Positions 39,092 through 49,518 are shown, counted from the first letter of the stretch. The stretch is DNA of 64,000 nucleotides from an uncultured delta proteobacterium (GCA_963729715.1 CAVSPA010000003.1:32001-96000), one strand, 5' to 3'. The notes: generated by a model not told the origin, from the sequence alone. Made by a program: numbers and translations.

Positions 39092-39997
39092 CTAAAATCC
39101 AGCAACGAATCCCGGCTGCCGATACCGAGGTCCGGGATAGCTGTAGAATCCTCTACCCGACTTCCGGCCGAGATGCCCCTGGTCGATCATCTTTTTTAAA
39201 AGATCAGCATTTTTCTGCTGCTGTTCGTTCTTTGTCTCTTTTGCCCAGTAATCCGTGATCTTCCACACCGTATCTAGTCCGATGCTATCCATGATCCCGA
39301 AGGGTCCTATCGGCATGTGTGTTACGCCCATCCATGCCCGGTCGACATTTTCAACAGATGTCACCTCGTTTGCCACAAGGGCTTGCGCCGAAAGCATGAG
39401 CGCATCCAGCATGGCATTGAAGACATATCCGCTGTTCTCCTTGTTCAGCCGGATGGCAATCATGCCCATTCTTTTCGAGAAGTCCTGGACAATCTGCACC
39501 ACTTCTGGATCCGTCCCCGGATGGGGCATGATATCCACGACGATGTTGGTGCGGAGATCGTGGAAGTGAAGGGCGAGGAATTTTTCCGGTCTGCCGGTGG
39601 CCTGGGCGAACATGGAGGGAAATAGCATAGACGTGTTTGTAGTAAAGATCGTGCGGGGGGGGCATAATGTATGGAAGAGGGAAAAGACCCTGCCTTTCAG
39701 CTGGGGATCCTCGGGCACGGATTCACTGACTAGGTCCGCAGCCGCGGCCGCTTTTTCAGCAACGGTTGTCGTCGAAATCCTGCCCATGACAGCATCTAAA
39801 GCTTCCTGTGTGAGTTGCTGTAATTTGATCAGGCTTCCCCCCATCTTGCGGATGCCCGACAGGGCTTTCTCCAGTATCCGGCCCTCGATATCGTAAATCA
39901 TGATGTCACAGCCGTGGATGGCAAAATAAAAAGCGATCTGCTGCCCCATCGTGCCGCCACCCAGAATCAATACGCGCTTAATATCATCCGCTGTCAC
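39092..39997 (-). CDS. 3-hydroxyacyl-CoA dehydrogenase
   Basis: GGGTMG, ESVPE, TNTS, LHFH, GRKSGRGFYSY; GTG start after AGGAG. Confidence 0.9.
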   Translation of the reverse strand: MTADDIKRVLILGGGTMGQQIAFYFAIHGCDIMIYDIEGRILEKALSGIRKMGGSLIKLQQLTQEALDAVMGRISTTTVAEKAAAAADLVSESVPEDPQLKGRVFSLFHTLCPPRTIFTTNTSMLFPSMFAQATGRPEKFLALHFHDLRTNIVVDIMPHPGTDPEVVQIVQDFSKRMGMIAIRLNKENSGYVFNAMLDALMLSAQALVANEVTSVENVDRAWMGVTHMPIGPFGIMDSIGLDTVWKITDYWAKETKNEQQQKNADLLKKMIDQGHLGRKSGRGFYSYPGPRYRQPGFVAGF

Positions 39998-40220
39998 GTT
40001 TCATCTCCTTTTCATTTCAAATCATCGGCATGCGGCGCCCGATGTACCGATGGTTTCTGTCTTCTTTCCCCCTATCTCCTGCGGCTGCCACCACCTGTGC
40101 AATCCCTGAGACCATGCAACCTGAACTTGTAACCATAATCTTCCTTGTATTCATTTTTTTCCCTCTGTTTCCGGCGCTGTTAGAGATGAAAAGATATTCT
40201 AAGTAAACTTGAACTGTCTT

Positions 40221-40490
40221 TTACTTTGCATAGGTTTTCCTTAACTCCACTTTATTAATCTTCCCCACACTGGTCCGGGGAATGGCATCGACGAACTCGT
40301 ATCGATCGGGGACGCCATATTTCGGGAGTTTTCCTTCATCGGACATCTTCGTCAGGTATTCTTTCATATCCTTGCTGGTCACCTTACCTTTGAATTCCGC
40401 TTTCAGGATGAGGACCACCAGTGGTCTTTCCCCCCACTTCGGGTCCGGCACTCCGATCACGGCCGCTTCGGAAACCGCAGGATGCATGCT
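40221..40490 (-). pseudogene. C-terminal fragment of a fatty-acid--CoA ligase
   Basis: HPAVSEAAVIGVPDPKWGERP...IPRTSVGKINK only; the N-terminal bulk is absent. Confidence 0.85.
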
Positions 40491-40554
40491 TACCAGGTAT
40501 AGCTGCGACCTATATCCAAAGGAAGATGATCAAAGAACTAAATGACCAAATGAA

Positions 40555-41025
40555 CTATTTGGCATAACGCACCGGCAGCGCCCGGTCGTGGGAGGCGTGC
40601 GACTGGGGCATCAAGGACCGGGGGCCATTGCCGAAATGGAAGCCGGCAGCATCGGAGCCGCGCGTCTCAGAACCCCATACCCACCAGCAAGTAAGATAGA
40701 TTAAGTCAGTAGCAATATGGTTGGGGGAAATGCCGCATTCTACTTTTTGGGCTTTGTTCGCATCATACAACACCGCCAGCTCCTTCCGTGTCGGCATCTG
40801 CCAGTCCGTATAACCGCCCCCACGATAGTTTTCGCAATAGGACTTGGCGTTCACCCAATCTATATTGCTCCCGTTGTCCCTCGCCGCCCACATCAGGTTC
40901 GTACTCGTGTCTAGTACCGTTCCGTCGTCATATGCTATGAAACGACCGTCTCTGCCCTTCTCTCCGGCAAAGACAAACCCCGCATACAGAACCAACACCA
41001 TCGAAACAGCGATAACTTTTTTGAT
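40555..41025 (-). CDS. DUF1566 (Lcl C-terminal-like) secreted protein
   Basis: DDGTVLDTSTNLMW, AKSYC..GGYTDWQMPT.KEL, ALPVR; the signal peptide starts at an in-frame ATC at 41025. Confidence 0.8.
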   Translation of the reverse strand: MKKVIAVSMVLVLYAGFVFAGEKGRDGRFIAYDDGTVLDTSTNLMWAARDNGSNIDWVNAKSYCENYRGGGYTDWQMPTRKELAVLYDANKAQKVECGISPNHIATDLIYLTCWWVWGSETRGSDAAGFHFGNGPRSLMPQSHASHDRALPVRYAK

Positions 41026-41359
41026 GCTATCCCCCCTTAGTTTCTAGCCAAATAGCGGATGATCTCTAGACGCTACACCTTAACATCGATTTTTTCCGTT
41101 ACCTAGTCTATCGCGAACCTGTTGTTAAAGAGTATTTCGATAAGATGTTGCTTGTTCATGAGTAAACCATAAAATTGTCGGTCTCGTGTGTCAATGAAAT
41201 TATGACCATAAAATATGTGGCGTGTTGTTGATGTTTGTCGTCGGGAGTGAAGTGTGTTTATTACGTAATGAAGTCCAGCATTTTCTTCGAGGTCGACGAT
41301 TTGAGGAAGATATAGGGCGATGAACAAGAATAATTGTTTTCGATATCTGCAGGTAGTTA

Positions 41360-42571
41360 TCACTCAACAAGTTTCTTGAAATCAACGTCACTCCAGAGCG
41401 ACTGAAAGTTTTTGTTTGTTTTTGCTATTTTCTTAAGCGAGCTGTTGATACGTATTGCTTTCCCCAGCGCTGCGAGCGATTTTTCTTTCTCACCGATGAG
41501 GGCATAATACACCGCTATATTCCAATGCGTCCATGAATTATTCGGCGAGAGGCTAAGGCTTTTGTCAAAATCATCCAATGTCTTTCGTTTGTCCCCGAAG
41601 CCGTTGTGCGCCCATGCCCGCATTTGATAGACATACGGATTTTTGGGGTCCATTTGCGCAGCTTTATTCAAATCCGCGAGGGCCTGGTTGTAGTTGCCGA
41701 GGCCGCTATATGACCATCCCCGGTAAATGTATGGCCAGGCTACAGATGAGTCCAGGCTTATTGCTTTTTCTTCATCGAGAAGCCCCTGCCGGTAATTCTC
41801 GAGGAAGTTGTATGATGCGCCCCTGTTTACATATATCCACGGGTTCTTGGGGTCGATGTCAGAAGCTCTGTCAAACTCTTTCAACGCCTGATTATAATTT
41901 CCCAGTGTGTTCAGCGCCCATCCTTTGTTTATGTGGGCCCAGGAGCTCATGGGGTCAATTTCCACCGCGGTATTAAATGCACCAAGTCCCATTTCATAAT
42001 TTTCCGCATTCATGAAGGCTACACCTTTGTCGATCCATTCCTTAGCCTTCAGTTCAGCGACTGCCCTTGAATACTCATTCTGCTTACTCTCAAGGCGCTT
42101 CCCCGCAACACGTTCGTCCTGCAACTGTTTTATCTTGTTTAAGGCTTCGTCCACCTTCCTTTTCATTTCTTCCAATTCCCGGTTCTCCTTACTATTTTCT
42201 CTTAACCCCTCGAGGAATCTTGTTACATCCTGAGGGGCTATGGACATCTTTGCCTTTAGATAGTAAGTTCTTCCGTCCCATTTTTCGGTCAGGATCTCGG
42301 CCTGAACGATGCCGGCAGTCAGGGTTGTGATCCTGTCTTTGGTCAACTGGAAATCCTTTACGTCAGTCTCAGAGATAAGATAGGTGCCCACTTCTTCAAG
42401 CAGGAGCCTTTTCACCTGTTCGAGAGCAATTGTGCGGCTCGACATCTTGCTGTCAAAATCACTCGCCTGATAGGTATATTCTTTTATGAAGGTTTTTGTT
42501 TCAGCGAGGGCGGATGAAAAAGATAACAAGAGGTGCAAGGCAATAATTAGCGTGATTGTTTTTTTCATCAT
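41360..42571 (-). CDS. Secreted TPR-repeat protein
   Basis: Signal peptide ALA; KEYTYQAS N-domain; about five TPR repeats. Confidence 0.88.
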   Translation of the reverse strand: MMKKTITLIIALHLLLSFSSALAETKTFIKEYTYQASDFDSKMSSRTIALEQVKRLLLEEVGTYLISETDVKDFQLTKDRITTLTAGIVQAEILTEKWDGRTYYLKAKMSIAPQDVTRFLEGLRENSKENRELEEMKRKVDEALNKIKQLQDERVAGKRLESKQNEYSRAVAELKAKEWIDKGVAFMNAENYEMGLGAFNTAVEIDPMSSWAHINKGWALNTLGNYNQALKEFDRASDIDPKNPWIYVNRGASYNFLENYRQGLLDEEKAISLDSSVAWPYIYRGWSYSGLGNYNQALADLNKAAQMDPKNPYVYQMRAWAHNGFGDKRKTLDDFDKSLSLSPNNSWTHWNIAVYYALIGEKEKSLAALGKAIRINSSLKKIAKTNKNFQSLWSDVDFKKLVE

Positions 42572-42586
42572 CTACTCCTGCAAGAA

Positions 42587-42732
42587 CAAAACCCCGCTTT
42601 TTTGAAGAACGGGGTATCGGTAAACTGTCCATGGTAGCATTGCCAATGCTAAAGGGTTTATGAATTTTAATTTCTGACATTACAGAGGTGTTTTTTAAAT
42701 ATCATGATTTGCATTAGAAATCTACTGTGAAA
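42587..42732 (-). promoter_or_regulatory. Conserved leader element, copy 2 (uORF 42714-42667, terminator-like hairpin)
   Basis: Homologous to 1781-1929; hairpin ACCCCGTTCTT-caa-AAAAGCGGGGT-TTT just before the SD of the TPR gene. Confidence 0.6.
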
Positions 42733-42797
42733 GGGGAGCCCGGATGTCTAAGACTGTCAGGAAGGAAACGGTAAATAGGAGAATGTTGAGTTCACCT

Positions 42798-42907
42798 TGT
42801 CACGCCTGGCTGCATCACTGAGAATCAACGATAACCGTTTGTACCGGTGAATATGCCACCATCTATGTTCTATCCAACTCTTTCTTCACGGCCAGTCCCA
42901 GCTTCTC
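42798..42907 (+). repeat. 110-bp direct repeat, copy A (3' end of a receiver-domain gene plus its downstream DNA)
   Basis: About 85% ungapped identity to 63586-63695 by manual count; minus strand reads EKLGLAVKKELDRT*. Confidence 0.75.
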
Positions 42908-42929
42908 TCCTGGAGTAGCCGGATTTATA

Positions 42930-43700
42930 TCAGTTATTATAATTTAAAGAGAATCTGATGGGGATATCCACAGTCACAGTGAGGGGCAAGTCCGCTTTTT
43001 TTGCTGGTTCAAATTTCCATGTCCTCACTGCCTCAAGGGCAGATCTATCCAATACTGCATATCCAGATGATTTTTTAATATTTAACCTGCCAACCCTTCC
43101 ATTGGCAAATATCTCCACGGAAAGAAGAACGATCCCTTCATAACCCCGCATACGTGCAATCAATGGATAGACAGGATGGGTATTTTCTCGATACCGTGGT
43201 ACAATCAGGGACACCGCTCCAATCGATGAATTGACGGATGTAATAGAATCGCCCTGAGCTTTATGGTCCTGCTGCATTGAGGCTAGATCCTTCGTTCCAG
43301 AACCGGTGAATTGAGGTATCGCAACAACTATGGGATTGATTGACTGCACCTCAGCAACGGGATGGCTTCTTGTTTCTGCAGGCAATCTGGCTCTTTCCTT
43401 TTTTTCAATTGGTTTAACCGCTGCCACAGGTTCAACAACCCCTTCACTGCTTTTGCTATACCCCTTTTCCTGTATCTTAGACTCGGGCAATTCATTTGAA
43501 TATGGTTTCTGTCCGGTATTCATCGGTATGAGGGATACATGAATGATTGGATCTTCGTCCAACTTTAATCTGGTAAAAATAGCAGTGCTAGTGATCAGAA
43601 TCAAGGCTACACATATATGCAAGACCAATGATGCAGAGACAGCATAAAGGATGTGTTTGTCTGTGTTTCCGTTATTCCTGAACGTTTCTCGAAACTGCAT
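42930..43700 (-). CDS. tonB: TonB family energy transducer
   Basis: N-terminal TM SLVLH; YPLIARMRGYEG, SSGYAVLD, WKFEPA. Confidence 0.9.
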   Translation of the reverse strand: MQFRETFRNNGNTDKHILYAVSASLVLHICVALILITSTAIFTRLKLDEDPIIHVSLIPMNTGQKPYSNELPESKIQEKGYSKSSEGVVEPVAAVKPIEKKERARLPAETRSHPVAEVQSINPIVVAIPQFTGSGTKDLASMQQDHKAQGDSITSVNSSIGAVSLIVPRYRENTHPVYPLIARMRGYEGIVLLSVEIFANGRVGRLNIKKSSGYAVLDRSALEAVRTWKFEPAKKADLPLTVTVDIPIRFSLNYNN

Positions 43701-43938
43701 TCAATAATACTTTCTCTGGCAAGGGCACTCGCCATGCTATTAATGTCACCCTATTATCACTGGACTTTTATGGCCTCTCGGGTAATTGCCTTGCAATATA
43801 AAATTTAGCATAGTCTGTTTCAAATAGACCCGGTGGAACTAAATTGTTAATGAATGGCCCCCCTTGCCCCGATCCAAAACAATCACACATTGAAACAAGG
43901 GGGGCTCTTCAGGAGATTTCAAATAGTCGACCATTTCT

Positions 43939-44766
43939 TTATTTTCTTATTATTTTAAACCCGTTCTGCTTTCCGAGTGCCTCTATGACAGCCTCGTGCA
44001 CTGCCTTTCCTATCAGCTCGCCGATTCTGCTATGCCCTCCGGTGTAAGTAACCCTCGGCCCTGCCGTTCCTGAAACCACAATGACACTGTCTGTGCCTGT
44101 TCCTGTCGCCTGAACATTTTTTGTATAGCTGCTTGGAACGTTTAAGTCCTCAAAGGCTGCGGTCTTTGCCTCTGTTATGGTAATCATTGCCCTTGACATT
44201 GCGCCATCTGTAAGTTTTGCATTGGTAAGGATAAGGATATTCACCGTGCCTTTTGGCTCTTCGCCCTCTACATAAATGCCTTCATCGACGCCTGTGCGCA
44301 AAGCATTTGTTTTTGCACCTGCCGTAACCAGTGCAGTAACAATAAACGGCCTGTATTCTTTTGTCACCACCGCAAGATTATCCATATCAGCGGCAGTTCC
44401 CATTTCTGCGATGTCCTCACTTCTTATTCCGAGCCTTTTTGCAATCTTATTTTTTATCTTCTGCAAATAGACCTTTCCGCCATCCTCGTTCCCCGTCTTC
44501 ATCTCCAGGCTTACTTTCTTCCACAATTCCGGATGGGCAGAATGATTGACGACTGCCATTGCATCAATAAAGCCGTCACCGGAGGAAAGAACTCGTCTCT
44601 TATCAGGGAACTGAACAACTAAACTCTTTTCCCATAAACCATCCCTCTCCGCGTTCACTATAAACGCCTTTGCATTGAAGTTTTGTGTTAGGGTGATTTC
44701 TCCTGACACTACAATCGATGGAACAAAAAACAATAAAAAGATTGCAATAAACCATCTCATTCTCAT
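43939..44766 (-). CDS. cbiZ: Adenosylcobinamide amidohydrolase CbiZ-like, with signal peptide
   Basis: MGTAADM, VTAGAKTNA, GTVNI, ITEAKTAA, ATGTGTD, GGHS.IGELIG; start MRMRW. Confidence 0.85.
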   Translation of the reverse strand: MRMRWFIAIFLLFFVPSIVVSGEITLTQNFNAKAFIVNAERDGLWEKSLVVQFPDKRRVLSSGDGFIDAMAVVNHSAHPELWKKVSLEMKTGNEDGGKVYLQKIKNKIAKRLGIRSEDIAEMGTAADMDNLAVVTKEYRPFIVTALVTAGAKTNALRTGVDEGIYVEGEEPKGTVNILILTNAKLTDGAMSRAMITITEAKTAAFEDLNVPSSYTKNVQATGTGTDSVIVVSGTAGPRVTYTGGHSRIGELIGKAVHEAVIEALGKQNGFKIIRK

Positions 44767-44943
44767 CAGTGTCCTTTCTTCTGCGTATATTAAAATATCC
44801 GATTCACCGCGGCTGTAAATTTTCTCCTCGGCATTATGTAACCCAGGATATTGTTTGTCTCTATTGCAGGGTTTACCATAGATGCTGTGACTTAACCGGT
44901 TTATAGGTACCCTTCTCATTTACAATTGCGAAATCACCCTTTA

Positions 44944-45138
44944 TTAAGCTTTTCTTGCCCACTCAAGCAGCCGACAGTCCTTTTTAATGCTTTTTATACT
45001 GTCTGCCATCTCCTTCAGTGTCTTTACCGTGGCAGCATCCGGCAGGTTGGTGATTTCATCCGATTCAAACAACACCAGCTCAATGTCATCCACTTTGCCT
45101 GCCAGAAAGTTGACGTTAGGCAGGAGTTCCGACGGAAT
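44944..45138 (-). pseudogene. Startless fragment resembling the N-terminus of cobamide-remodeling phosphodiesterase CbiR
   Basis: [45 protein letters not shown]; in-frame TGA upstream, no start codon. Confidence 0.55.
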
Positions 45139-45170
45139 AGGGAAAACGGTTTTTCAGAAACCCGAATCCC

Positions 45171-47276
45171 TTAGAAGCTAAAGGAAAGCCCTCCTTTAAA
45201 TGAGATACCAGGCATGGGATAGAAGGTATCGGGAGCCCCCGGTCCATATGCCGGGGCATTATACGAGCCAAATGACGCATAACTTATATCGGCCAGATTA
45301 TCCACACCGATGAATGCCGTCATATTGACTTTACCAAAAAATGGTTTAGGTGGCTTATAAAAAAGATAAAGGTTGATGAGTGTATAACTTGGTAACTTCT
45401 CGTCAACGTTATAGTAGTCCTGAGACAGAAAGGCATCTCCCACATAGCGCACTTCGGGACGTAACATAAGGTCATAGGGAAGATAGATCTCCACGCCGGC
45501 ATTCGCCATCCGGTTGGGTACCAGAGCCAGCTCCTTTTGATTGTAGGGTCCATTCTCATAGGTAGCTTTATGATAGGTGAAATTGCCGTAGAGCCTGGCC
45601 CGTTTTTCCCAAAAATAAGATAAGGAAACCTCCACACCATCGTGGCGCGTGTTATCTTGATTTTTATTATAGCCTGTAAAGGGACCTGTAGCGTACCACG
45701 AGATTTCATCTTCCATATCGATCCTGAACAGGGTCAGTCCTATTTTTAGGTTATCCAGAGGATAAAATTGCGTACCCACCTCCATACTGACTCCTTTTTC
45801 TTGTTTAAGGTTATTGTTAAACAAGATACCTCCTCCGAAGCCATTTATAGAGGCCACTTCATCCAGAAAAGGGATACGATAGACGGTGCCATATTTTGCA
45901 AAGACCTTTGATTTCTGACCTACGAGCCAGGTCAGACCCACTTCATAGGACTCGCAATCGTAAGTTTGTTCCTGGCCTGTGAAATTATTGCCTGGATTCA
46001 CCATATCCGTATTGGACCCCTTGATGCTTGCCTGCTCCGATCGGTAACCGGCACTCAGAATCAGGGTTTTCAGGAGACTGAATTCATCCCGGGCATAGTA
46101 GCCCAAGCCGTCTCTTGTTAAATTGGCAGTACTGGTTTCTGAGGTTCTCTCGCGGCTACTGAAAAAGTCTTTCTGGTAGGGTTCGTGGTAATAATCCAGC
46201 CCCATAATCAATTTGTTATTGAAGCCGAAGATTTCCTTCGCCAGAATATATTTCGGGGTGATACTGTACGTATCCGTCCTGGTAGCTGAGAAGACACCCC
46301 AAGTCGTCATATTAGTCTGAATATCCTTATTACCATAAAGAAAATTGATATCGATTTCGCCCAGGGAACCTAAAAGAGATTTAATGCCCAGACTAGCATT
46401 CGTATATTTTTCGGAAGCATCATCGTTGTTAGAGGGTTGTTCAAATAACGATGGCGTAAGCGGCTGGTATTGCCGTGGGTTCTGTGCCATCTGAGCCGCC
46501 GTAAGGGTGCCCGGCATTTGATAGTCTATTTTGTTGAAGGAGACCTTTGAGGAAACACTGAGCCACTCGCTTACGTCATACCCCAAATTAAGGCCTCCTT
46601 GATCCGACAAGAATTTCGATCGTTCCCGGTAGCCGAAAGTAAAATTATTTTCCCCGGTCAACGCGTAGTTCCATTTGCCAGTGGAACCGCTAACGCTGAC
46701 CCGTTCATCATGGAGACCATAGCTTCCCATCTGGACGGAGGCATCGAATTTCGGTTCGCCTTGCCCCTTCTTGGTGATGATGTTGATGCTGCCGCCGATG
46801 GCCGCATCGCCATAGAGGACGCTGTTCGCACCGCGAACGACCTCGATTCTCTCGATGCTCCCCAAGGGGAACTGCATCCAGTTAACGGAAGCCATGTCAG
46901 GCCTGTTTATCCGCATACCATCCACCGTGACCAGGGTCTTGCCGAAAGGATTATCTCCCCCGAAGCCACGCATGTCGATGATCGATTGAGTGGAGTTGCC
47001 ACTGTAATCGCGAAATTGAATACTCTCCAATTTATCCAAAACTTCCACAATGTTCGTGGCTCCCGACTCTTTGATCTGTTGGGCTGTGATGACAGTAACA
47101 TTGGCGGGGACCTGGCGGATGTCTTGCTGGTCCCGGGTGGCCGTCACAACCACCTCTTCCATGGTTACGGTCGTTTCCGGTGCCGGCGCTTTGGCTTCAC
47201 CAAAAACGTTTGTAGGCATTAGCAGGACGGATAGGAACAAGGCACAAATTGGGAAACATTTCGCATAAAGCTTCAT
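45171..47276 (-). CDS. btuB: TonB-dependent corrinoid receptor (BtuB-like)
   Basis: EEVVVTATR, IERIEVVRG..SVLYG..AIGG.INIITK, terminal F; directly after a cobalamin riboswitch. Confidence 0.85.
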   Translation of the reverse strand: MKLYAKCFPICALFLSVLLMPTNVFGEAKAPAPETTVTMEEVVVTATRDQQDIRQVPANVTVITAQQIKESGATNIVEVLDKLESIQFRDYSGNSTQSIIDMRGFGGDNPFGKTLVTVDGMRINRPDMASVNWMQFPLGSIERIEVVRGANSVLYGDAAIGGSINIITKKGQGEPKFDASVQMGSYGLHDERVSVSGSTGKWNYALTGENNFTFGYRERSKFLSDQGGLNLGYDVSEWLSVSSKVSFNKIDYQMPGTLTAAQMAQNPRQYQPLTPSLFEQPSNNDDASEKYTNASLGIKSLLGSLGEIDINFLYGNKDIQTNMTTWGVFSATRTDTYSITPKYILAKEIFGFNNKLIMGLDYYHEPYQKDFFSSRERTSETSTANLTRDGLGYYARDEFSLLKTLILSAGYRSEQASIKGSNTDMVNPGNNFTGQEQTYDCESYEVGLTWLVGQKSKVFAKYGTVYRIPFLDEVASINGFGGGILFNNNLKQEKGVSMEVGTQFYPLDNLKIGLTLFRIDMEDEISWYATGPFTGYNKNQDNTRHDGVEVSLSYFWEKRARLYGNFTYHKATYENGPYNQKELALVPNRMANAGVEIYLPYDLMLRPEVRYVGDAFLSQDYYNVDEKLPSYTLINLYLFYKPPKPFFGKVNMTAFIGVDNLADISYASFGSYNAPAYGPGAPDTFYPMPGISFKGGLSFSF

Positions 47277-47322
47277 AGGACGTTTCTCCTTTCCCCCTCG
47301 GGAATAAAGTTATTTGGTCCAT

Positions 47323-47470
47323 CAGAAGAGTGTCCTGGCTTGCGGCTTTCTCCTACTCTCCACGCCTTCCCGATCTTCCCTATATGGAAGACCAGTGGCA
47401 TCCTGTGGATTTCGTTCCGCTCACAGTTGCGGGGCAGCGCCGGAGTTGGACCGGCTTCCTCCCTCCAATG
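47323..47470 (-). promoter_or_regulatory. Cobalamin riboswitch upstream of btuB, overlapping the 3' end of btuD
   Basis: GGAAgcCGGTccAACTCCGGcgCTGCCCCGCAACTGT...GCCACTG...GGGAAGGC...AAGCCAGGACAC. Confidence 0.9.
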
Positions 47471-48251
47471 GATGTGAACTCAGAAGAGTGACACGTGGCT
47501 GACCGGTCACCGGATTCCTGTCGACTGTTACATTCGTTTCATAAACTTCCTTAATGTTTGATTCGTCAATTACTTCGTCAGGACTTCCCATGCAGTGTAT
47601 ACAACCGCTTCGTAGAAGAATAATCCTGTCACAATACAGCGATGCTAAATTGATGTCATGTGTTACGGCAATCACCGTGAGCGCCTGCTCTTTGTTTAAA
47701 GTCTTTACCAGATCAAAAAAATCAATCTGATGTTTTATATCCAGAAAGGCTGTAGGCTCGTCCAGGAGCATGATCTGTGGCTCCTGCGCGAGAGCCCTGG
47801 CTATCAAAACTCTCTGACGTTCTCCGCCGCTCAAGGCATTCATGCTCCGGTTCATCAGGGAAAGGGTATCCGTCATTTCCATGGACTGGTGGGCAATTCT
47901 GAAGTCTGTTTCTCCTTCAAATCTCCATTTGCTTAAATGCGGCGCCCTTCCCATCAGAACGATCTCCTGGACCGTGAAGGGAAAGATCATTGGGGAGTCC
48001 TGAGAGACAACGGCAATAGTTTTTGCAAGATTCCCCCTTTTGAGCTTTTTACAAGTAGTACCGTTGATCCATATTTCCCCTTCCTGTGGTTTGAGGATAC
48101 CGTCGATGACGTTAAGAAGGGTTGTCTTGCCGGAGCCGTTGGGGCCGAGTATTCCCCAAAACTCTCCCTTATTCACTTCGAAAGAGACATTCTTTAGAAC
48201 CCAGTGTTCGTTGTATCTGAATCCGATCTGTTCAAGTTTGATTATGGACAT
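47421..48251 (-). CDS. btuD: Corrinoid/iron-chelate ABC transporter ATPase
   Basis: GPNGSGKT, LSGGERQR, LLDEPT, VTHDINLA. Confidence 0.85.
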   Translation of the reverse strand: MSIIKLEQIGFRYNEHWVLKNVSFEVNKGEFWGILGPNGSGKTTLLNVIDGILKPQEGEIWINGTTCKKLKRGNLAKTIAVVSQDSPMIFPFTVQEIVLMGRAPHLSKWRFEGETDFRIAHQSMEMTDTLSLMNRSMNALSGGERQRVLIARALAQEPQIMLLDEPTAFLDIKHQIDFFDLVKTLNKEQALTVIAVTHDINLASLYCDRIILLRSGCIHCMGSPDEVIDESNIKEVYETNVTVDRNPVTGQPRVTLLSSHPLEGGSRSNSGAAPQL

Positions 48252-48254
48252 AGA

Positions 48255-49349
48255 TCAGACGGCCCTCCTGCGTAAGAGGTAGATGAAATAGGGAGCCCCG
48301 CACATTGCAGTAATTACGCCCACCGGCAACTCGGCGGGGGCGATGATCGTTCTGGCGATGGTGTCGGCCACAATAAGAAATGAACTGCCAAAAAGCAAAG
48401 AAGAGGGAAGCAGCAGTCTGTGATCTGAGCCTAACAACATCCTCATCATGTGCGGAATGATCAGACCGACAAACCCGATGATGCCGCTTACCGATACCGC
48501 TACTCCTGTTACGAGAGATGCGGCAAGGAGGAGAATCTTCTTCGTTTGTTCCACATTCACACCAAGTTGCATTGCTGTTTCTTCGCCGGTGACAATGAGG
48601 TTTAGGTGTCTCGAGTAGATATAAATGACGATGAACCCGGATATCAGAAAGAGGCCGGTCAGCATTATCTCATTCCATTCGGCAAGGCTCAGGTCTCCCA
48701 TCATCCAGAACATGACACTATGGAGATTTCTATCGCTGCTAGTGAAAATCAGGAACATGATCAGGGCAGTGAAAAAGGCATTCACGATAACGCCTGCCAG
48801 GAGAAGGGTGGTGGAGTGGATTTCTTTTTTCGTTCTGGCAATTCCGTAGACCAGGATGATCGTGAGCAAGGCGCCTAAAAAGGCCAGCCCGGGAATTCCC
48901 AGAGGAATAATACTTATTCCCGTTATTATGGCAACTATGGCTCCTGCGGCTGATCCGCCTGATATCCCTAAGATATAAGGATCTGCAAGGGGGTTGCGGA
49001 GAAGTCCTTGAAATACAACACCGGCTACTGAAAGGGAAGCGCCAACAATTCCGGCAAAGATGATCCTGGGCAGACGAATGGAAAAAAGGATCGTCTTTTC
49101 CATCGGAAGAAGACTGGTGTTTCCTTCATACCAGCCTGACAGTAATCGCTTGAGGATAGAAAGCGTACCAATCTCGCTTGATCCAACTAACATGGAACTT
49201 GCCGAGACAACGATAATAACCGCCAAAAAAAAGAGGCTAACCCGAATGACCCGGGAGAGAGTTACAACCTTATCAGCCTTGCTATTGGTTATCGCTAAAA
49301 TTGAAATAGAGGAAAGAATAAAAATAGGTGAGAAATAAGATCTAAGCAA
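48255..49349 (-). CDS. btuC: FecCD/BtuC family ABC permease
   Basis: IRLPR, RNPLADPYILGISGG, GEETAMQLG, ELPVG; TTG start after GGGAGG assumed. Confidence 0.85.
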   Translation of the reverse strand: MLRSYFSPIFILSSISILAITNSKADKVVTLSRVIRVSLFFLAVIIVVSASSMLVGSSEIGTLSILKRLLSGWYEGNTSLLPMEKTILFSIRLPRIIFAGIVGASLSVAGVVFQGLLRNPLADPYILGISGGSAAGAIVAIITGISIIPLGIPGLAFLGALLTIILVYGIARTKKEIHSTTLLLAGVIVNAFFTALIMFLIFTSSDRNLHSVMFWMMGDLSLAEWNEIMLTGLFLISGFIVIYIYSRHLNLIVTGEETAMQLGVNVEQTKKILLLAASLVTGVAVSVSGIIGFVGLIIPHMMRMLLGSDHRLLLPSSLLFGSSFLIVADTIARTIIAPAELPVGVITAMCGAPYFIYLLRRRAV

Positions 49350-49371
49350 TGTCCCTCCCGCGAGGATAATC

Positions 49372-49518
49372 ACGATGGACTGGTCTTCCGGCTTCGGGCA
49401 ACCTACTCACCCGCCTTCCCATCACGAACTGATCATGACAGTGGCTCTTTGGGTTTTCGTTCCCTTCACGGCTACGGGGCAGCGGGGGCTTTTAACCCCT
49501 CTTCCGCTAATCCACGTG
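49372..49518 (-). promoter_or_regulatory. Cobalamin riboswitch upstream of btuC
   Basis: GGAAgaGGGGTTAAAAGCCCCcgCTGCCCCGtAgCcGT...GCCACTG...GGGAAGGC...AAGCCGGAAGACC. Confidence 0.88.

Noticed and set aside
41103..41363. 86-aa ORF coupled to the TPR gene stop
   Set aside because: No recognisable features; may be a decayed fragment
43734..43760. ATGCTAT-N13-TTATCAC, a NikR-like box before the second tonB
   Set aside because: Too degenerate in both half-sites
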